Made by a program: the position numbers and the translations under genes. Positions 14,063-20,000 of a stretch of 20,000 nucleotides of DNA are shown piece by piece (positions within the stretch are counted from its first letter, which is position 1; each line of letters starts with the position of its first letter). The notes below the pieces were generated by a model that was not told the DNA's origin, searched no databases, and saw nothing but the letters and a program-made list of their open reading frames with translations. Location of the stretch: sequence record SRR31156797_5854. One strand, written 5' to 3'.

Positions 14063-16450
14063 ATGTTAGCACCATTATCATGGATAAAAAAATACGTTGA
14101 TATAGACTCAGATATTGATATAGAAACATTGACACATAAATTAACTATGACTGGTTCAGAAGTTGAAGGCTATGAGGAAATCGGCAAACAATTTGACAAT
14201 GTAGTTGTAGGTAAAATAGAGAAAATGGAAAAGCATCCTGATGCCGACAGACTCCAAATATGCTCAATAAATGTTGGGAAAAAGAGCCTGCAGATAGTTA
14301 CAGGCGCAACAAATGTGTTCCCAGATGCATTGGTTCCAGTTGCATTAGTGGGTGCAAACCTGCCAAACGGTATGACGATTAAAAAGGGTAAACTCCGTGG
14401 TGTCACATCATTTGGTATGCTTTGTTCCGGTGAAGAACTGCAGATAGACGACAGCATCTATCCAGGAGCCAGCGTTAATGGCATAATGCTTATTAATGAA
14501 GATTATGAACCTGGTACTCCTATAGCAAAAGTTCTTGGTCTGGACGAAGTAGTAATTGACATCAAGACCTATGCAAACCGCCCTGACTCTCTTAGCATTG
14601 TAGGCACTGCCAGAGAAGCTGCTGCTACATTTAATCTGCCGATGAAATCTGTTGATGTCAGCTATATAGAGAATGAAAAAATATCATCAGATTTTGTATC
14701 AGTAAAAGTAAAAGAGCCTGAACTGTGTCCTCGCTACATGGCTAGAATAGTATATGATATAAAAATCGAACCATCACCAAAATGGATGCAAAAAGAGTTA
14801 ATTGCAGCTGGAGTACGTCCAATCAGTAATATTGTTGATATTACAAACTATGTAATGCTAGAGCTAGGTCAGCCTATGCACGCTTTTGACTTTAAATACG
14901 TAGAAGATCAGCAAATCGTAGTCCGCAAGGCTACTGATCACGAAAAAATCATCACATTGGATGAAAAAGAATATGATTTAAATTCTGATATGCTTGTAAT
15001 AGCTGATGCAAAGAAGCCATCTGCTTTAGCAGGTATTATGGGCGGACATAAATCTGGTGTATATGATGATACTGACGTGGTTCTATTTGAGTCTGCTACA
15101 TTCAATCCTATAAGTGTTAGAAGCACAGCAAGAGCTCTGGGTATACGTACAGAGTCATCTGCACGCTTTGAAAAGGGCTTGGATGCATCAAATACCAAGT
15201 TGGCAATGGATAGAGCGATGCACTTGGTAGAATTGCTGGGTGTTGGTAAGATTGCACAAGGAGCTGTTGACATACTGAACACATCAGTTGAGCCAAAAGT
15301 CATAGAAGTGTCAGTATCTGCCATTAACAAGCTACTGGGCTTAGATCTGCCTGGTAATACAATGGATGGCTTACTTCGTCACCTGCAAATAGAGAGCAAA
15401 GTTGAAGGAGATACACTGATATGTGAAGTGCCTCCATTCAGACAGGATTTGCATAACATGTCCGATATTGCAGAGGAAGTTATGCGAATATATGGCTATG
15501 ATAAGATTCCAAATACTTTGCCCGAAATGCATATTGCATCAAATGGCAGAACTCTAAATCAGAGAATGAAACTTACTATAAGAGGTCATATGGTAAGTCA
15601 CGGTCTTTATGAGGCAGTTCATTATTCATTTATGTCACCAAGCGTTTTCAAAATGCTCAATATTGACGATGACGATGAGTTAAGAAATGCTGTGGAAATT
15701 GTAAATCCTCTTGGTGAAGATTATTCACTAATGAGAACTACCCTATGCTCAGCAATGATTAATTCTATTGCAAACAATGTAAATCATCGCCAAAAGGACA
15801 TTAAGCTCTTTGAAATGTCAAAGACTTTCCATCCAACAGATGGTGATTTGCCTGTTGAAACCAATCGACTATGTATCGGCGTCTGTGCTGACAACGAAAC
15901 TTTCTTTACTTTAAAGGGTAGAATCGAAGCGTTGTTCAAGACAATTAGAATAAAGAACTATAAATTTGTAAAAGGTAAAAAGTCTTACCTTCACCCAGGA
16001 AGAACAGCAGAAATCTATGTAGATGATGTCTGTCTAGGTTACATGGGCGAACTGCATCCTGATATTGCTGATAAAAATGGTATTAAGGACAGAAGCTATA
16101 TAGCTGAAATCGACGTTGATGCATTAATGAATGTAAAAGCTCATGAATTAGTTGTAAAAGAACTGCCGAAATACCCTGCTATCGACAGAGACTTAGCTGT
16201 CGTAGTTGATAGGGATCAACCAGTTGGCGAATTAATGTCCCTAATCAAGGTTACTGCCGGAAAATTATTAGAGAGCATAGAAGTATTTGATGTCTATGAG
16301 GGCAAACAAGTTCCAGAGGGGAAAAAGAGTGTAGCGTTCTCGCTTATGTTCCGTTCTATGGAGCGTACCTTGGAAGACAAAGATGTTAACACCAAGTTTG
16401 ACAAGATAGTCAGAGTATTGGAAAGAAACTTCAATGCAACATTAAGGTAG
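14063..16450 (+). CDS. pheT: Phenylalanine--tRNA ligase beta subunit
   Basis: HPDADRL, LRGVTSFGMLCS, NRPD, VDITNYVMLELGQPMHAFD, LHPGRTA, C-terminal FDX-ACB domain. Confidence 0.98.
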   Translation: MLAPLSWIKKYVDIDSDIDIETLTHKLTMTGSEVEGYEEIGKQFDNVVVGKIEKMEKHPDADRLQICSINVGKKSLQIVTGATNVFPDALVPVALVGANLPNGMTIKKGKLRGVTSFGMLCSGEELQIDDSIYPGASVNGIMLINEDYEPGTPIAKVLGLDEVVIDIKTYANRPDSLSIVGTAREAAATFNLPMKSVDVSYIENEKISSDFVSVKVKEPELCPRYMARIVYDIKIEPSPKWMQKELIAAGVRPISNIVDITNYVMLELGQPMHAFDFKYVEDQQIVVRKATDHEKIITLDEKEYDLNSDMLVIADAKKPSALAGIMGGHKSGVYDDTDVVLFESATFNPISVRSTARALGIRTESSARFEKGLDASNTKLAMDRAMHLVELLGVGKIAQGAVDILNTSVEPKVIEVSVSAINKLLGLDLPGNTMDGLLRHLQIESKVEGDTLICEVPPFRQDLHNMSDIAEEVMRIYGYDKIPNTLPEMHIASNGRTLNQRMKLTIRGHMVSHGLYEAVHYSFMSPSVFKMLNIDDDDELRNAVEIVNPLGEDYSLMRTTLCSAMINSIANNVNHRQKDIKLFEMSKTFHPTDGDLPVETNRLCIGVCADNETFFTLKGRIEALFKTIRIKNYKFVKGKKSYLHPGRTAEIYVDDVCLGYMGELHPDIADKNGIKDRSYIAEIDVDALMNVKAHELVVKELPKYPAIDRDLAVVVDRDQPVGELMSLIKVTAGKLLESIEVFDVYEGKQVPEGKKSVAFSLMFRSMERTLEDKDVNTKFDKIVRVLERNFNATLR

Positions 16451-16471
16451 TTAAAGAAATATAAGGATATG

Positions 16472-16503
16472 TAAAGGGATAGATTTTTCTATCCCTTATT
16501 TTT
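16472..16503. terminator. Bidirectional terminator between convergent pheT and asnB
   Basis: Perfect 10-bp stem AAGGGATAGA-TTTT-TCTATCCCTT (16474-16497) with A/T-rich flanks. Confidence 0.8.
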
Positions 16504-18340
16504 ATAGCTGAATCTCAATTTTATATTCACGCAGCCAAATCTCTATTTGGTATAAAAAAGCTAAAAGCTGTGGAGTTGCCATTAGCTGGCCAAACCAAGG
16601 CATACCAATACTCGTATCCTTGCATATAGCTGCTAATTGCTCTTTATTAAAAATTTCAAAGATTTTACTGTTTGTGTTATTGAGAATATCTGTACAAAAT
16701 AAACCAACTATTTCATTCGTATATTCTGGATCAAATGTCTTTGGATATGGGCTTTTCTTTCTTTTCACTACAACATCAGGCAAAAAGGATTCCATAGCTC
16801 TGCGGAGCACTCCCTTTTCCTGCATACCAATGTTCTTTATAGACCAAGGAATATTGTAAGCATATTCCACCAGTTTGTAGTCGCAGAACGGCACACGCAC
16901 CTCCAGTCCGCTTGCCATAGACATCCTATCCTTCCTCTCCAGAAGATTTGCCATAAAATAATCAATATTCAAACAAAACATCTCTCGCCTCGCTAACTCT
17001 TCTTCTGTATCAATATCCAGCCTGTCAGCGTTATTAACACATTCTTTATATGAATTTGAAATGTATTCATCTATGTTTAGTTCTTTTACCAATTCTGAAT
17101 TCACCAGCGACTTCCTGAATTCTACATTACCTCCCCAAGGAAAAATACCATCCTGATACAGATGCGGATTGTGAAACCAAGGATATCCGCCGAAAATTTC
17201 ATCTGCACATTCACCCGATAACGCTACTTTTACGTGTTTTTTTACTTCCTTGCAAAACAATAAAAGTGATGTATCAATATCCGCCATCCCCGGCATATCT
17301 CTACCAAATACACCTCTATTCAGTGCTTCAATCTGAGAATGACTATCAAGCATAATGTTAAAATGATTGCTTTCAATATAATCACTGACTAGATTAATAT
17401 AATCAAAATCTGCATTTGGTTGAAATATACTAGGCACAAAATTTTCTCTGTTGTTTTCAAAATCCACTGAAAACGTTTTTAACTTCTGATTAAATGCTCT
17501 ATATTTCCTAGATGAGACTGAGGAAATTATACTGGAATCTAACCCGCCTGATAAAAAACAGCCCAGTTCCACATCACTGACCAGTTGTCTACGAATACTG
17601 TCAAGCACTAGTGTCTTTACATGCTCTATTGTATCCTCTGTATTCTCATTATGATATTTAGCCTTTATATCCCAGTACTTTTCTATCCTAATGCAATCAG
17701 CATTAACCTTAATATAATGTCCACGCTTTAATTCAAAAATATCCTTGTAGCATGTTCTGCCCGGTGTTCTAGCAGGAGATAAGCCAATTAATTCCCTCAT
17801 TCCGTCAATATTCAGTATCGGTCTGACATCTGGATGGTTTAGTATTCCCTTTATTTCTGAGGCAAATATGAACTTTTCATTCCACATTGAGTAGAACAAT
17901 GGCTTAACCCCCAGATGGTCTCTGGCGCAAAACAGCTCATCTTTTGAAGTGTTCCAAATAGCAAAGGCAAATATACCATTTATTATATCGAGGCATTTTT
18001 CCCCAAACTCAATATATGCTCTTAGAAGTACTTCTGTATCGGAATTCGTATCTGGAAGATTATTCTTACTTAGTTTATTTCGTACATTTGCAGTATTATA
18101 CAACTCACCATTGTATACAATAAAATATGTAACGCCTTCATAGGTAACGCTCATAGGCTGGCTGCCGCCTGATAAATCAATAATTGATAGTCTGTTGTGC
18201 CCTAGTGCAACATTTGGCAGGCACATTGTTCCGCTGGCATCAGGTCCACGGTATTTCATCGAGCTGTTCATTCTACTTATAATCTGTGACTTATCCTTAA
18301 TATCTTCACCATATTCCACTACACCGCATATTGAGCACAT
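16502..18340 (-). CDS. asnB: Asparagine synthetase (glutamine-hydrolysing), AsnO-like
   Basis: Ntn Cys2 (MCSICG), LGHNRLSIID, YNGELYN, ARDHLGVKPLFY, FLSGGLDSS, LSGECADEIFGGY, ERKDRMSMASGLEVRVPF, WFGQLM. Confidence 0.96.
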   Translation of the reverse strand: MCSICGVVEYGEDIKDKSQIISRMNSSMKYRGPDASGTMCLPNVALGHNRLSIIDLSGGSQPMSVTYEGVTYFIVYNGELYNTANVRNKLSKNNLPDTNSDTEVLLRAYIEFGEKCLDIINGIFAFAIWNTSKDELFCARDHLGVKPLFYSMWNEKFIFASEIKGILNHPDVRPILNIDGMRELIGLSPARTPGRTCYKDIFELKRGHYIKVNADCIRIEKYWDIKAKYHNENTEDTIEHVKTLVLDSIRRQLVSDVELGCFLSGGLDSSIISSVSSRKYRAFNQKLKTFSVDFENNRENFVPSIFQPNADFDYINLVSDYIESNHFNIMLDSHSQIEALNRGVFGRDMPGMADIDTSLLLFCKEVKKHVKVALSGECADEIFGGYPWFHNPHLYQDGIFPWGGNVEFRKSLVNSELVKELNIDEYISNSYKECVNNADRLDIDTEEELARREMFCLNIDYFMANLLERKDRMSMASGLEVRVPFCDYKLVEYAYNIPWSIKNIGMQEKGVLRRAMESFLPDVVVKRKKSPYPKTFDPEYTNEIVGLFCTDILNNTNSKIFEIFNKEQLAAICKDTSIGMPWFGQLMATPQLLAFLYQIEIWLREYKIEIQL

Positions 18341-18393
18341 ATTATACCTCCATTTTATATATTAGGTTATGCATACAATAATAAAATAATGAC

Positions 18394-18420
18394 AAAAAGA
18401 CGCATCAGATGATGCGCCCC
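18394..18420 (-). terminator. Intrinsic terminator after the serpin gene
   Basis: Minus strand GGGGCGCAUC-AUCU-GAUGCGUCUU-UUU. Confidence 0.75.
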
Positions 18421-18446
18421 ATGTAATATACTATTAACTTAATTGC

Positions 18447-19718
18447 TTATTCTAAGTTTTTAATAACCCCTGTAAACAATGGTTTATTATTTTCATTATC
18501 AACTATAAAGAATACAAATGGTTTGTTCGCAATAAACTCAAATAATTCTGCATCCAGCGGAGCACCTCTTAGTGACATAATCACAACAGTTGCTGCACTT
18601 GCCTCAGTACCAGCTTCTCCTACACTTACTTTTGCCTGATGGATTACTTTGCTCAAAAACAATCCTTTTCCTATACCATCAAAATCCGTAGACGTAATAA
18701 AAGCTTCCTTCATTCCAAGAGATATAAGAATATCATTCATGTTCAAACTCTGCTCAATTGTAAACTTTGGAATTATAATATTTGCATTTTCCTGGACTTC
18801 AAAATCACTAAGGATTTCTATGTATTTATCTTCATCCATACTTGATATAAATTCGTCTATGTCATTATCAGGTAATACCAGGATCATAGACGTTTCCATG
18901 TTTTTGCCATAATTGAGTTTAATCGTCCTACAATCATCATGAATATAACCATATACACTATCACTGCTTGTCATCATTTCCACATCTTCTGTAGTTTGCT
19001 TAGTACCTGAAAAATCCATATCGATATTACAATCATGATCAAAAGGCATAGTCCAGTCACCTTTAAAATATATTGCATTAACCAATACTAGCCTATCCAA
19101 TGGATCGAATGGGTTCTTTAGAATATCCTGTATCATTTTGTTGGTCTTTTTACTTATCCATTTATTAATTGTATTTACTGCTTTATCGCTCTGAAGGTCT
19201 ATATCATTAGCCTCAGCATCAAAGCTTAGCTTAACTTTATCCAAATAGTCTTGATTTATTTCGGCTTCATCATCAATCCATACAGAATTGGCAACATTGA
19301 CTGTGCTGTCAGTCATTGAATTATATCGGTCGATTTCAGTCTCATAATCATTGCTGATTTGGCACAAATCTCCATCAGAATATCCTAAAACATTTAGCAT
19401 CTCCTCCAGTGTTTTGCCAGAAGCTCCCATCATAACCATAGATAGTGCAGAATTAATTGAATATTCGCTGTAAAAAATATTGCTGCTATTATCTGAATCA
19501 TTTATTGCTTTCAGCAAACTTAAGTTGAAATTGCCCGTTAAGTACTCTTCATTTACTGCTATGTCTTCCTCTGAACTATCAATCTCTTCTGTTTGACTGC
19601 TAGTCTCATTATCTTTTTCAGTATTTTCATTTATATCTGTATCATTAATATTCTGTTTACAAGAAGTAAATAATCCGATAAATATCATAATACATAAAGG
19701 AATTAGTAATTTTTTCAT
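18447..19718 (-). CDS. Lipoprotein serpin (serine protease inhibitor)
   Basis: Lipobox-like LFTSC; NIFYSEYSI, VANSVW, INKWISKKTNKMI, LVLVNAIYFKGDW, hinge EAGTEASAAT, FIANKPFVFFI; RBS AAAAGGAGA. Confidence 0.95.
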   Translation of the reverse strand: MKKLLIPLCIMIFIGLFTSCKQNINDTDINENTEKDNETSSQTEEIDSSEEDIAVNEEYLTGNFNLSLLKAINDSDNSSNIFYSEYSINSALSMVMMGASGKTLEEMLNVLGYSDGDLCQISNDYETEIDRYNSMTDSTVNVANSVWIDDEAEINQDYLDKVKLSFDAEANDIDLQSDKAVNTINKWISKKTNKMIQDILKNPFDPLDRLVLVNAIYFKGDWTMPFDHDCNIDMDFSGTKQTTEDVEMMTSSDSVYGYIHDDCRTIKLNYGKNMETSMILVLPDNDIDEFISSMDEDKYIEILSDFEVQENANIIIPKFTIEQSLNMNDILISLGMKEAFITSTDFDGIGKGLFLSKVIHQAKVSVGEAGTEASAATVVIMSLRGAPLDAELFEFIANKPFVFFIVDNENNKPLFTGVIKNLE

Positions 19719-19747
19719 TGCATTTCTCCTTTTGCTTATTCCTTATT

Positions 19748-19775
19748 TTGACGGTATGTGTACATAATAAGTTCC
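19748..19775 (-). promoter_or_regulatory. ECF sigma factor-type promoter of the serpin
   Basis: Minus strand GGAAC (19775-19771), 17 nt spacer, CGTCAA (19753-19748); about 30 nt upstream of the ATG. Confidence 0.65.
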
Positions 19776-19810
19776 ATAAGTCTATATTTATTATTACATA
19801 ATTTACAATA

Positions 19811-19845
19811 AAATAAAAGACTGCCTACATCAATTGCAGACAGTC
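19811..19845 (-). terminator. Intrinsic terminator after the PFOR gene
   Basis: Minus strand GACUGUCUGCA-AUUGA-UGUAGGCAGUC-UUUUAUUU. Confidence 0.8.
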
Positions 19846-19881
19846 AGTTATTAACGTTATTTTGCTAGCATTCAGACAGTG

Positions 19882-20000
19882 TTATAGTACACGCTCTTCT
19901 GCTAACTTCTTGTATGTATCAAGTCTCTTCTTAGCTTCAGCTTCAGCTGTATCAAACAGCTCTTGAGCAACTTCTGGGAATTGAGTTGTCAATGTAGTAT
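19882..20000 (-). CDS. nifJ: C-terminal fragment of pyruvate:ferredoxin (flavodoxin) oxidoreductase (partial, not in ORF track)
   Basis: Manual translation TTLTTQFPEVAQELFDTAEAEAKKRLDTYKKLAEERVL* resembles the C-terminal helix of NifJ/Por; only about 38 aa are visible. Confidence 0.7.
   Translation of the reverse strand, partial: TTLTTQFPEVAQELFDTAEAEAKKRLDTYKKLAEERVL

Noticed and set aside
10545-18912. Short ORFs opposite murA, pilin, pheS, pheT, asnB and serpin
   Set aside because: Fully or mostly antisense to conserved genes, with typical shadow-frame composition.
1-20000. Mobile elements, tRNA/rRNA, invertible promoter or defence systems
   Set aside because: No transposase, recombinase, long terminal repeats, RNA-gene signatures or defence-domain motifs seen by eye.

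Overview
Low-GC, Clostridia-like chromosomal window. The left half (minus strand) is a cell-surface locus. It holds a sugar-phosphate nucleotidyltransferase, a priming sugar transferase (CpsE-like), a Wzz/CpsC - CpsD kinase - CpsB phosphatase cassette, a zinc-ribbon membrane protein, a small SPxTG-sorted surface protein, a class B sortase and an atypical LCP protein. An XRE regulator with a membrane protein follows. No elongating glycosyltransferase, flippase or polymerase is present. The right half has murA with a structured leader, an orphan type IV pilin with a C-terminal CBM5/12-like module and a Phe T-box preceding pheS-pheT. On the minus strand are an AsnO-like asparagine synthetase, a lipoprotein serpin behind an ECF-type promoter, and the 3' end of a pyruvate:ferredoxin oxidoreductase. 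The best candidate for an undescribed system is the SPxTG protein-sortase B-LCP module linked to the capsule-initiation genes, possibly a sortase-anchored glycoprotein or polysaccharide-carrier system. All calls come from motifs read by eye; no searches were run.
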